A model generated the notes under the pieces. The model saw nothing but the letters and a program-made list of their open reading frames with translations. It had not been told where the DNA came from and did not search any database. A program made the translations under genes and the position numbers. A stretch of DNA of 64,000 bases from Candidatus Staskawiczbacteria bacterium RIFOXYB1_FULL_38_37 (GTDB lineage: Bacteria > Patescibacteriota > Minisyncoccia > Minisyncoccales > Staskawiczbacteraceae), in NCBI GenBank assembly GCA_001822075.1, contig MHPK01000001.1:22757-86756 (forward strand), given 5' to 3'. Positions 36,595-44,731 of this stretch are shown piece by piece. Position 1 is the stretch's first letter; each line of letters begins with the position of its first letter.

Positions 36595-37065
36595 TTATTC
36601 GTATCTAACGTTTTTTATCTTATAAGAAATCTTTTGGGGAGAATTAATTACTATTTCATCTCCTGCCTTGTGCCCTAAAAGCGCTTTGCCAACCGGAGAT
36701 TCATTGCTTATTTTTCCCAATTCTGGATTTGCTTCAAGAGTTCCCACTATTTGAAATTCTTCCTTTTTACCGTTTGCCTCTATTTTTACATTAGCCCCAA
36801 TTCCAATTGTTTTCTGCTCCGAAGAAGAGGGCGGTTTTATTAGCTGATAATGCTCTAAAATGTTTTTTAATTCGTCAATTCTGGCTCTTAAAAAACCTAT
36901 ATCTTCCCGAAAGCTTATAAACTCAGGATTTATGTCTTCGGACTCAAAAATCTTGGGCGCCTCTTCGCTCGCTATTCTTTGCCTTTCAAAATCAATCAGC
37001 TCTTCATATTCTTTTTTTAGCTCATCCAATTTGGCCTTTGTTATGTAGAAAGTTTTTCCGTCCAT
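36595..37065 (-). CDS. greA: Transcription elongation factor GreA
   Basis: N-terminal coiled coil plus C-terminal GKISNESPVGKALLGHKAGDEIVINSP...YKIKNV. Confidence 0.9.
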   Translation of the reverse strand: MDGKTFYITKAKLDELKKEYEELIDFERQRIASEEAPKIFESEDINPEFISFREDIGFLRARIDELKNILEHYQLIKPPSSSEQKTIGIGANVKIEANGKKEEFQIVGTLEANPELGKISNESPVGKALLGHKAGDEIVINSPQKISYKIKNVRYE

Positions 37066-37130
37066 ATTTTAATCTTTCTAAATAGTACTTATGTAATTTT
37101 ATTCTCTATTTTCAAAATGTCAACCCCGCC

Positions 37131-38393
37131 CTAAAATAATGTTTTTTGGCTGAAAGATTTTTTAATGTTTTTAACCAAACCGTCATTTTCAGGAAAAATT
37201 TTAATTTTTCCGTAAACTCCATCATATCCTGGCTCTATGTTCACCCTGCCTTCCCTTACCCGCAAAACGCCTTCTGCAATTTCAGGCAGGCTGTTTTTTT
37301 GTATGTCCTGCCGGTTTTTTTCAAGCAATATATCAAATTCAGAACCCAAATTTTTAATTAGGCCGTTATACAATTCTGCCACCTCTTTTGAGACAACCGA
37401 TTTTTTTATAGAATCTGCAATTACTTCCTGCAAGGGTATCAGGCTTTTAAATGGAATTGCGTTTTCGGGCACAAAACCTTTTGACCTGTCAGCTAACTCT
37501 TCAACCCTGTTTAGCACTCCAATAACAAGGGGCTTTTGGCATCTGGGGCAAATATTATTGTATTTTTTTGACTCTTCTGGCGACAGGCTCAAATTGCACA
37601 ACCTATGGCCGTCATAATGATATTTGCCCTCTTCTGGAAAAAATTCTATTGTGTATAAAAACTTTTTTGGGTCTTTTGATTTTAAGGCATCAAAAATTGC
37701 TTTGTAGCTTATATCTGCATTAAAAACATTTGCCTCCCTGCCGATTTTTGGAGCTGAGTGGCTGTCTGAATTTGAAATTAATGTGATTTTGTCTAATTGA
37801 GACAATCTCCAATTCATTGCGGGATCTGAACTTAAGCCTGTTTCTACCGCATAAATATATTTTGTATAATCTTCAAAACATTCTTCCAAAGAATCAAATC
37901 CTGATTTTGAGCCAAACACAGAAAACCAAGGCGTCCAGATGTGGGCTGGCACAACCATGCAATTTTGGTCAGATGACAAAACAATTTTTGCCAGCTCTTT
38001 TGCATCCAGCCCTAAAATCGGCCTGCCGTCGGCTCTCAAGTTTCCAATTTTTTCTAATTGGGCATTTATTTTTTCTACAGCTTCAAATGAAGGGGCAAAA
38101 ACAATAATATGGATTTTTCTAACTTTGCCCAGCTTGCTGTATATGCAGCTTATCTCTGAAGTTAAAATAAAACGCACGGGAGAATCTGTTTCTTTAAGCT
38201 TAAAAAGGCCTCGCTCAGCGGGGCTCAACTTTTCTTTCAATTCTTTTAACCAGGCAGGGTGAGTGAAGTCTCCTGTGCCTATAATTTTAATTCCTTTTAT
38301 TCTTGCCCAATTATCTAAGCTGTCTACATTCATTAAGGGCGAAGTGGCTCTAGAATATTTTGAGTGTATGTGAAAATCCGCTACAAATTTCAT
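37131..38393 (-). CDS. PHP-domain nuclease, endonuclease Q-like (TIGR00375-type)
   Basis: N-terminus ADFHIHSKYSRATS...IIGTGDFTHPAW, ~420 aa, and an internal Cys/His cluster (HRLCNLS...NNICPRCQKPL). These match my recollection of EndoQ architecture; not searched. Confidence 0.6.
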   Translation of the reverse strand: MKFVADFHIHSKYSRATSPLMNVDSLDNWARIKGIKIIGTGDFTHPAWLKELKEKLSPAERGLFKLKETDSPVRFILTSEISCIYSKLGKVRKIHIIVFAPSFEAVEKINAQLEKIGNLRADGRPILGLDAKELAKIVLSSDQNCMVVPAHIWTPWFSVFGSKSGFDSLEECFEDYTKYIYAVETGLSSDPAMNWRLSQLDKITLISNSDSHSAPKIGREANVFNADISYKAIFDALKSKDPKKFLYTIEFFPEEGKYHYDGHRLCNLSLSPEESKKYNNICPRCQKPLVIGVLNRVEELADRSKGFVPENAIPFKSLIPLQEVIADSIKKSVVSKEVAELYNGLIKNLGSEFDILLEKNRQDIQKNSLPEIAEGVLRVREGRVNIEPGYDGVYGKIKIFPENDGLVKNIKKSFSQKTLF

Positions 38394-38950
38394 CTCTTAG
38401 AGATTATATTAAATAAGTCTCGCGATAAAGCTTTTTTATTAATTAAAAATTTAGAATATTTGTCTTTTTTTTCTGGTTTTAAAAATGATTCAAACTTTAA
38501 AATATCTTTATTTCCGCTTTTATCAGCTATTTTCATAAAATTATCCAAAGTCATAAAGCACAAAAAATCTTCTATATCTTGTTTTACAACATCAAAAAAA
38601 ACAAAAATTAAATAAATATCTTTTTTAGAGCCAAATTTTGATGTATCAATATCTTTTTTAAAAATGCTGTTTTCGCTCTGTTTTATCTGTCCGTTTACTG
38701 AAATAAAAACCTCTTTTGCCTGCTGTTTTGAAAAACTGCCAAAAATTTGGATTTTTGCTATTATGCTTTTTTTCTTTCCTTTTTTTTCGCCTGATTCATA
38801 CAATCCTTTTTTAGCCACCACTAAATCTGTCCCTTCCGAATTATTTTGCGGCTTAAAAACAACCAGCCTGTCTCCAGCTTCCTCTGTTATATGGTCAATA
38901 ATTTTATTTTCTATTTCTTCTTGCAAATTTTCCATAATCAAAAACAGCAA
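38390..38950 (-). CDS. Hypothetical protein (186 aa), translationally coupled to the EndoQ-like gene
   Basis: The 4-nt overlap of its stop with the downstream start suggests one operon. A possible nuclease-like acidic/K pattern (EGTDLVVAKK) is weak. Confidence 0.45.
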   Translation of the reverse strand: MLFLIMENLQEEIENKIIDHITEEAGDRLVVFKPQNNSEGTDLVVAKKGLYESGEKKGKKKSIIAKIQIFGSFSKQQAKEVFISVNGQIKQSENSIFKKDIDTSKFGSKKDIYLIFVFFDVVKQDIEDFLCFMTLDNFMKIADKSGNKDILKFESFLKPEKKDKYSKFLINKKALSRDLFNIISKR

Positions 38951-38979
38951 ATTGATTTTTGAATATCAAGATTAAAATT

Positions 38980-39246
38980 TTAAACTTTATAAACCTTATA
39001 TCCCTCCCTCACCTTTTCCTTAACTTTTATCCCAATAGAATCTCCCTTCTTAGCTGACTTTATCTTTTCGTGCTCAATCTGCATGGAATCAATTGTTTGG
39101 GTAAAATCTGTATCCTCGCCCCCAGCTATACGTATGGTATCTTTCTCTTTTAAGCCAGATAATAAATCAATAACTGCCACCCCTATATTAGAAAAATAAT
39201 GGGTGATTTTACCTATTAATTCCCCTTCCTCTTTATTTTTTGCCAT
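38980..39246 (-). CDS. Small EF-Tu-domain-2-like beta-barrel protein ('translation elongation factor-like')
   Basis: Start moved to MAKNKEEGELIGKITHYFSNIGVAVIDL...KGDSIGIKVKEKVREGYKVYKV. The pattern resembles small EF-Tu D2-like proteins annotated in CPR and archaea (from memory). Confidence 0.5.
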   Translation of the reverse strand: MAKNKEEGELIGKITHYFSNIGVAVIDLLSGLKEKDTIRIAGGEDTDFTQTIDSMQIEHEKIKSAKKGDSIGIKVKEKVREGYKVYKV

Positions 39247-39313
39247 AAATTTAAAACTTTTAATACGACCTTTGTTTATTGATTTTATCAAAAATGCGAG
39301 CCTATATCAACAC

Positions 39314-39484
39314 TAAAAACAGCCCCGCATTAGCGGAGCCGTTTTTAGTGAGGAGGAGCATAATTTTCAACGACGTCTGCATATTTCCCGGGCCCAAACT
39401 CGGACAATGAATTTAGGTATATACTTGGCGCTTGTTTCGCTAAAAACTATTCTGTCCTTGAGAATAAATCTCTCACCTCCTCAT
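39314..39484 (-). ncRNA. Candidate structured RNA or 5' leader (~170 nt) bounded by a promoter and an intrinsic terminator
   Basis: Promoter TTGACA-N16-TAAAAT at 39491-39518. An 8-bp long-range helix pairs UGAGGAGG (5' end) with CCUCCUCA (3' part). The terminator cggcuccgc-uaau-gcggggcug + U-run lies at 39314-39341. The region is more G+C-rich than other spacers and holds no convincing ORF. Confidence 0.35.
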
Positions 39485-39490
39485 AATTGC

Positions 39491-39518
39491 ATTTTAAATA
39501 ATAGGCCGTCCGTGTCAA
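39491..39518 (-). promoter_or_regulatory. Sigma70-like promoter (TTGACA-N16-TAAAAT)
   Basis: Read on the minus strand: cttgacacggacggcctattatttaaaatgc. Confidence 0.45.
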
Positions 39519-39604
39519 GCCCCGCATCTTTAATCCACACATACAGCACCTCTTTTCCACAGCTTATTCTCAAAAGTGTCTCAGCTTTTAAAAAGCGCGG
39601 GTTA

Positions 39605-40585
39605 TTATTTATTTATTCTTGAAACTCTTGTAAATCCAGAGCACGTTACAATTTCAATTCCCCTGCCTGCCGGCAGGCAGGTTGCCTTTTCAAGTTCGTC
39701 CATCAATAAATTTACGCCCAAAGAATCAGACGAAATGTGGCCTGCAATTACAATATTTATGTGCGAGGCCTCTGCCTCTTTTTTATGCTCTTCTGAAATG
39801 TGCATGCCAACTACTGTTCCGATGCCTGCCTGCGCCATTTTTTCATAAAGCTTTGGCGATCCTTCAGTTCCTCCTGTAATTTCAGCCATTGATATTTTAC
39901 CACAGCGGTTGTCAGCAGAGCCCACAAAAATTTTAGGGCCGACTCCGATTTTCATTGCCTCTTTATATTCTGGAATTTCTTTTAATATGCTTATTAAGTC
40001 AGAAACTCTTTCAACTTCTTTGCCTTCAATTAAATCTTTTAAAAATTTAGCAGCTAAATTGTCGCAGGGAGTGTGCGAGTTCATTAAGTTAACTTTCATT
40101 AATCTGGCGGCGTCAACTGTTCTGTTGTGGTTTGAACTGTTTACCCCTCGAGCAACTTCTGAAATTCTTTCTCTCATCAATCCCTCTGAAATGTTGATTG
40201 GCACTCCGTAATAAGCTAAAACATCGCACTGCAAATCCATAACATCAGCCAATTGCGCCAAACCCTTGCCCACAGGATGATGGGCAATTACCAAATCAAT
40301 ATCTCCTAATTGCTTTGCCATTAAAATTTCTTCGGGGCCTATGTCAATGCCAACCAAAACTTTTTTAATATCTTTATCGTCTGAAATATTATAAACTCCT
40401 GAATCCAAATACGGATTTTCTAAAGCATCTTTATCAAAGTCTTCTTTTTCTATTTCTGAAAGCTTTTCAAATTTATCTTTTTTCCTATCTAAAAATTTTC
40501 GCACTCCGTCTGCGCCCCTGAAATCAGCTTCCGTGCCCATTTTTATCATTAAATTGTAAATATCTTGTATTCGCATAATTTTCAA
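39605..40585 (-). CDS. NIF3/YbgI-family (DUF34) dinuclear-metal protein, long form
   Basis: The DLVIAHHPVG and IAGHISSDSLG motifs resemble NIF3 metal-binding His clusters. A C-terminal GC-rich palindrome is inserted in frame. Confidence 0.55.
   Translation of the reverse strand: MKIMRIQDIYNLMIKMGTEADFRGADGVRKFLDRKKDKFEKLSEIEKEDFDKDALENPYLDSGVYNISDDKDIKKVLVGIDIGPEEILMAKQLGDIDLVIAHHPVGKGLAQLADVMDLQCDVLAYYGVPINISEGLMRERISEVARGVNSSNHNRTVDAARLMKVNLMNSHTPCDNLAAKFLKDLIEGKEVERVSDLISILKEIPEYKEAMKIGVGPKIFVGSADNRCGKISMAEITGGTEGSPKLYEKMAQAGIGTVVGMHISEEHKKEAEASHINIVIAGHISSDSLGVNLLMDELEKATCLPAGRGIEIVTCSGFTRVSRINK
39662..39681. repeat. Perfect 20-nt palindrome cctgcctgccggcaggcagg, in frame in the NIF3-like gene
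   Basis: Translates (minus strand) as ...CLPAGRG.... Same family as 7039-7059 in uvrC. Confidence 0.85.
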
Positions 40586-40587
40586 TT

Positions 40588-40743
40588 TTAAATTTTCAAT
40601 TTTAAATGTTTGTTATTTAAAATTTTATCGTATAGCTGGCCAATCATTTCTTTTTGCTTTTTTGAATCCAAAAACTGCCGCCTTATGCGGGCTTTTTCTG
40701 TGCGTATAAATTTTCTGGTTGATTTTGGCATTTTTTTGTTCAT
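40588..40743 (-). CDS. Possible small basic protein (51 aa), below the ORF-track cutoff
   Basis: ATG at 40743. Sequence MNKKMPKSTRKFIRTEKARIRRQFLDSKKQKEMIGQLYDKILNNKHLKLKI, ending 3 nt before the NIF3 start. No motif. Confidence 0.3.
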   Translation of the reverse strand: MNKKMPKSTRKFIRTEKARIRRQFLDSKKQKEMIGQLYDKILNNKHLKLKI

Positions 40744-40799
40744 ATCAATAAAAAAATCACATTTCTATGATTTTTAAGTATAGCACGACTTTTTTAATT

Positions 40800-42011
40800 T
40801 TACAACGCTTCTCTGGCGATTTTACGGTCGTCCCAGGGGATTTTTTTCCCATCAGCTATGCACATCCATGGTTCAGACCCTTTTCCAGTGATTACAACTG
40901 TATCATATGGCGTTGCCAATTTTAAAGCTGTTTTAATCGCTTCCCTCCTGTCTAATATTTTTTGAGCTCTTCCATCAGCGCCTTTGGCCACATCCTCAAT
41001 TATTTTTATTGGGTCTTCATCATAGGGGTCTTCATTCGTAACTATTATTTCTTTACAATAATTTTTTGCTATTTTGCCCAACACCGGCCTTTTCCATTTA
41101 TCTCTCCCGCCTCCGCAAGAGCCAAGCACGCAAATTAAGGGCTTATCTTGCAAACTTTTATAAACAAATTCAAGCTGGTCTGGAGTATGGGCATAATCAA
41201 CAATTACTTTTGGATTTTCAGAAACAACTTCCATTCTGCCAGGCATTGCTTTTACTTTAGCTAAAGCATTAGCGCAGGTTTCTAAACTAATGCCGTATGC
41301 TTTGGCTGCAGAAATTGCAGCTAACGCATTATAAATATTAAATTTCCCCAATAATGGAATACTGAAGTCAGTATTTTGAATTTGGAATAAAATTCCATCG
41401 TCCGTTGTTTGAATATTTTTTACGTCTTTGATGCTAAATGCAATTTTATTTTTTGCGGGAATGTCTAAAAAGTATTTTGCATTTGCATCGTCTGCGTTAA
41501 TTATATGTATATTTTTTGCTGTTTTAAATAATTTTATTTTTTCATTTCTGTAATTTTCAAAACTACCGTGCGACTCAATGTGCTCTTTTGACAAGTTTGT
41601 AAAAACAGCCGTGTCAAAATTTATAAACTTATGGCGAAATTGCCTTATACCTTCTGAAGTGATTTCTAAAATCGCAAACTGGCATTTTTCATTTACTGCC
41701 TGCCTTAAAAATTTTTGTATAACAAAACGGCCTGGCATTGTCATTTTGTATTTATTTTCCCATTCTTTTTCTCCAACCTTAAATCTTATTGAAGAAATTG
41801 AGGCAACTTTGTTTCCTGTCTCTTCTAAAATTCTGGTTATAAAATCAACTGTTGTTGATTTTCCGCTGGTTCCTGTAATGCCGATTATTTTTATGCTTTT
41901 ATTTTTGACGGGAAACCCAAACAAAAAAGCGCCCAGCAAAGCCAGCTTATAATGATAGATATTCAGCGCAAATTTCGGTATAAACCTCTTTATATTCTCC
42001 TTAAAATTCAT
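40800..42011 (-). CDS. murE: Mur ligase, MurE-like (lacks the usual N-terminal domain; hydrophobic N-terminus)
   Basis: P-loop GITGTSGKSTT, the DYAHTPD signature and a NEDPYDEDP segment corresponding to MurE DNPRxEDP. Confidence 0.75.
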   Translation of the reverse strand: MNFKENIKRFIPKFALNIYHYKLALLGAFLFGFPVKNKSIKIIGITGTSGKSTTVDFITRILEETGNKVASISSIRFKVGEKEWENKYKMTMPGRFVIQKFLRQAVNEKCQFAILEITSEGIRQFRHKFINFDTAVFTNLSKEHIESHGSFENYRNEKIKLFKTAKNIHIINADDANAKYFLDIPAKNKIAFSIKDVKNIQTTDDGILFQIQNTDFSIPLLGKFNIYNALAAISAAKAYGISLETCANALAKVKAMPGRMEVVSENPKVIVDYAHTPDQLEFVYKSLQDKPLICVLGSCGGGRDKWKRPVLGKIAKNYCKEIIVTNEDPYDEDPIKIIEDVAKGADGRAQKILDRREAIKTALKLATPYDTVVITGKGSEPWMCIADGKKIPWDDRKIAREAL

Positions 42012-42038
42012 TAATCTAATCTACCATAAAATCTGTGC

Positions 42039-42063
42039 AAAAAAAAGCCGACCTTTGGCCGGC
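42039..42063 (-). terminator. Terminator after the 72-aa ORF
   Basis: Minus strand reads gccggcc-aaa-ggtcggc followed by tttttttt. Confidence 0.7.
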
Positions 42064-42073
42064 AGGGGTTTGG

Positions 42074-42292
42074 CTAAACCCATTTTTTCGCATCTCTATC
42101 CCACTTAAAAGTGTATGTTTTCTCTTTTACCCAAACAATAATTCCGCCTTTTACATTGTTTTTTGCAACTTTACAGGTCTCGTTATCTGTAATTTGGATA
42201 AAATAGGGGCCTCGAGACAAAAAACGTTTAGGGTCTTTATTTAAGGCGCTCAAAACAACTTTTCTCTGGCTCTCAGTTTGAACCGCAGACAT
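42074..42292 (-). CDS. Hypothetical protein (72 aa)
   Basis: GAAGGGAG lies 7 nt before the ATG. It has its own terminator downstream, and another intrinsic terminator (cctcttctcgaaaagagg + T-run, ~42337-42360) directly upstream. Confidence 0.45.
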   Translation of the reverse strand: MSAVQTESQRKVVLSALNKDPKRFLSRGPYFIQITDNETCKVAKNNVKGGIIVWVKEKTYTFKWDRDAKKWV

Positions 42293-42422
42293 GGTAAACT
42301 CCCTTCAATCCGTTAAGGTTGTGAAAGAACAAACAAAAACCTCTTTTCGAGAAGAGGCGCTTTGACTAATTTTTAATTTTTCAATTTTGTAATTTTTAAA
42401 ACGCGCCTTCTCTAAGAGAGGT

Positions 42423-42486
42423 TTACCCGATTAAATAAAATCTTTAGATTTTAATTTTGTGAAACAAAATTATTTAACCGGGTTAA
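42423..42486. repeat. MITE-like element, copy 1: 16-nt terminal inverted repeats ttacccgattaaataa ... ttatttaaccgggttaa
   Basis: Hand alignment. A related copy lies at 58599-58675. Confidence 0.55.
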
Positions 42487-42568
42487 TAATGCTTATAATA
42501 ATTATGTTTTTAGAAATTCGGCAATCCATGATTATTTAATATTACTCTTGGTAAACTCGTATGTCAAA

Positions 42569-42742
42569 TTATTTTTGCCAGTCTTTTATAATAATCTCTT
42601 TTCCGCGCAGTTTTACCACAACTTTTTGATGCTCCTTCCACCCCAGCTTCTGTATAATCTCAATAGGCAAGGTTAAACCCATGCTAAACCCAGACCCCAT
42701 TTTTGTAAGTTTTCTTATATTTTTTTCTTTTAATTTTCTCAT
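42569..42742 (-). CDS. AbrB/SpoVT/MazE-type swapped-hairpin DNA-binding protein (57 aa; below the ORF-track cutoff)
   Basis: MRKLKEKNIRKLTKMGSGFSMGLTLPIEIIQKLGWKEHQKVVVKLRGKEIIIKDWQK. The G-x-S...(L/I)P.E..+.LG...G..V pattern is typical of the SpoVT-AbrB fold. Confidence 0.6.
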   Translation of the reverse strand: MRKLKEKNIRKLTKMGSGFSMGLTLPIEIIQKLGWKEHQKVVVKLRGKEIIIKDWQK

Positions 42743-42750
42743 ATTTTTTC

Positions 42751-42795
42751 CCTACTTACACTCCTACTCACACGCCTACTCACGCGTGTAAGTAG
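42751..42795 (-). promoter_or_regulatory. Iteron-like site: three 11-12-bp direct repeats plus one inverted copy, 9 nt upstream of the AbrB-like ATG
   Basis: cctacttacac tcctactcacac gcctactcacgc gtgtaagtag. Confidence 0.55.
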
Positions 42796-42808
42796 CAACA
42801 CTTATCAG

Positions 42809-42826
42809 GTTAACACTCATTAACCT
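42809..42826. promoter_or_regulatory. Operator-like box GTTAACACTCATTAACCT (GGTTAA-N6-TTAACC), copy 1
   Basis: Exact 18-mer shared with 43049-43066. Lies 67-84 nt upstream of the AbrB-like gene. Confidence 0.6.
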
Positions 42827-42849
42827 AACAAAACAATTAATATTTGATT

Positions 42850-43038
42850 TTAATGTTTTATTATTGATGACAGCTTTTTTAAGTTTATATCTTTTTTGAA
42901 AATAATAAAATTATACCCCATTTTTTGGCCTTTAATGGAACCTTGCCTTACGCGCTTAAAAACAGACACCCTGCTAATTCCCAACAATTTTGCCAACTCG
43001 GTTATGGTATAAAAATCTTTTTTTATTAGGCTGTTCAT
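42850..43038 (-). CDS. Excisionase/MerR-type HTH (HTH_17-like) DNA-binding protein (62 aa)
   Basis: YTITELAKLLGISRVSVFKRVRQGSIKGQKMG.NFII matches the helix-turn-helix/wing pattern of the excisionase-family DNA-binding domain. Confidence 0.65.
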   Translation of the reverse strand: MNSLIKKDFYTITELAKLLGISRVSVFKRVRQGSIKGQKMGYNFIIFKKDINLKKLSSIIKH

Positions 43039-43048
43039 TTTATTTCAA

Positions 43049-43066
43049 GTTAACACTCATTAACCT
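43049..43066. promoter_or_regulatory. Operator-like box GTTAACACTCATTAACCT, copy 2
   Basis: Exact 18-mer. Lies between the ART stop (43088) and the HTH gene start (43038). Confidence 0.6.
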
Positions 43067-43087
43067 GATTTTATTTTTTAAAAAATT

Positions 43088-44671
43088 TTATCTACCGAAA
43101 AGGCGGGATAGCCAGCTTTTTTTGGGTTCTTTCTGCTGTTCGTTTTTTTCTTGCTCCCTATCAAAAGGTTTATCTTCAACATTTTCATTTTCAAGCCTTA
43201 GTTTTATAACGAGTCTTTTTTCCTTAAACTGGGGCGGGCTTTGCCTCTCTTCACTATAATTGTGCACATCTTCGGCATTTCTGCTTCTTCTATTAATAAA
43301 CCACTGCTCTTCAACGTCGGTTGCAAAAAATCGGCTGTTCCTCGGAAGCAAAAATTCACTCTCCCTAGACGCTGCCTCTTTAAAGTTTATGATTGAAGGT
43401 ATCCAAACTCCTCTTTCTCCTCTCGGAACAGTTATTTCATATAAAATTTGATTTTCGCTTCTCTGAAGAAAATCATTTATAACCAAGTTCCTACTTGTGG
43501 AAGTGCTCATGTATCCTTTATCTAGCGAAATATTTTTACCAATTAACGCCCGGGCTTCCTCAATAGGCATATTTCCGGAAATTGCCCTGTAGGCAGTAAA
43601 CTCAACCGGTGTTTTGGGACAATTCGCCATGGTTTTATCCAAGGTTTCTATAATTGAGCCAATATTTGCCCTGTCTTCCTCTGTCGCCCTTTCCGGCAGT
43701 TCTTTTCCTCTCAAAAAATGATTCACCGGCTTACTCCATTCCTGATATTTTTTTATGTTTTTTAAATCATTTAAATCAATAGACTTACCCCATTCATAAT
43801 AATATCTGCTTAATACATTCCACACCTTTCCTGTTTCATATGTTTGCTCTAATTCAAATTTTAAGCCTGCTATTTCTTCAGTTTTTCTTTCCTCGCTCTC
43901 ACCTGCATTTAATGTATTATCAGTTTTAGAAACTGATTCTAGGCCAGAATAATCGGGCTTATCGGTAAAAAATCTTTTTCGCACTTCTTTATCTGGCATA
44001 GAATATAATTTTTGCCAATCGCTTATTCTGTCCAAATCAACTTTCGAGGCATATTCGTAGCCCCTAAAATGGTGTGTATCGCGTTCTCTGGCTTTTACCA
44101 GTGGCCTTCTTTTTTCACTAACTTCTTGAATGCCTAATTCGCCCTCTGTAAATTTATCTGTAATTTTCCTTATTTCTTTTTTTGTTGTTTTTGTCCTTTC
44201 AATAACTTGGCTTTTTACAGATCGATCAATTTTAGGCTCTCCCTTTGGAAAAAAAATAGAAGTGCCGTCTTCTTTTTGAGTTGCTTCAAATAATAAACGG
44301 CGGCCTAGCCACCCAAAAAATTCATCTGTGTTTCTTTCTGAATGATCAGACCTAAAATGAGAACGATAAAAATGGCTCATTTCTTCTCCAAGAGTCGAAC
44401 CTTCTGCTATTTGATTGACGTCTTTAATTTTAATAACGTCTACTTCTTCACCTAGAAGATTCTCGTTCTTTTCTCCAAAAGTAGGGTCTAACCCAGAACC
44501 CTTTACTACCCTCGGCAATTCATCTGACTGAACCGAAAGTCCATATTTTTTATCAAAAACTTTATTTGCATATTTAACAAAACCTTGAACTTTTTCAAAA
44601 TCCTCTCGTTCCTTAACCGCCCCTGTTTTTTCTTGCAGTTCTTTATCTGATAAATCTTCTGGATTAAACAT
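43088..44671 (-). CDS. 527-aa protein with C-terminal R-S-E mono-ADP-ribosyltransferase domain
   Basis: NAD-fold landmarks occur in canonical order. These are VNHFLRG (the IN..LR-like helix), FTAYR(~362)AIS, GYMS(389)TS(391)TS, and the E(437)SE(439)FLLP ExE motif. The N-terminal ~330 aa are unassigned and there is no signal peptide. Confidence 0.75.
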   Translation of the reverse strand: MFNPEDLSDKELQEKTGAVKEREDFEKVQGFVKYANKVFDKKYGLSVQSDELPRVVKGSGLDPTFGEKNENLLGEEVDVIKIKDVNQIAEGSTLGEEMSHFYRSHFRSDHSERNTDEFFGWLGRRLLFEATQKEDGTSIFFPKGEPKIDRSVKSQVIERTKTTKKEIRKITDKFTEGELGIQEVSEKRRPLVKARERDTHHFRGYEYASKVDLDRISDWQKLYSMPDKEVRKRFFTDKPDYSGLESVSKTDNTLNAGESEERKTEEIAGLKFELEQTYETGKVWNVLSRYYYEWGKSIDLNDLKNIKKYQEWSKPVNHFLRGKELPERATEEDRANIGSIIETLDKTMANCPKTPVEFTAYRAISGNMPIEEARALIGKNISLDKGYMSTSTSRNLVINDFLQRSENQILYEITVPRGERGVWIPSIINFKEAASRESEFLLPRNSRFFATDVEEQWFINRRSRNAEDVHNYSEERQSPPQFKEKRLVIKLRLENENVEDKPFDREQEKNEQQKEPKKSWLSRLFGR

Positions 44672-44731
44672 AATTTATCTGCCTAGATTTTTTAAAGCAA
44701 GTTTTATGCGCTATTCTGGTCTTTGTGATTA

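Noticed and set aside
39292-39604. RNase P RNA, SRP RNA or 6S RNA in the long spacer
   Set aside because: I could not find the hallmark motifs (GAGGAAAGUCC for RNase P; the GGAAGCAGCC-type SRP domain IV). A GGTGCTGT match alone is insufficient. It is kept only as an unclassified candidate RNA.
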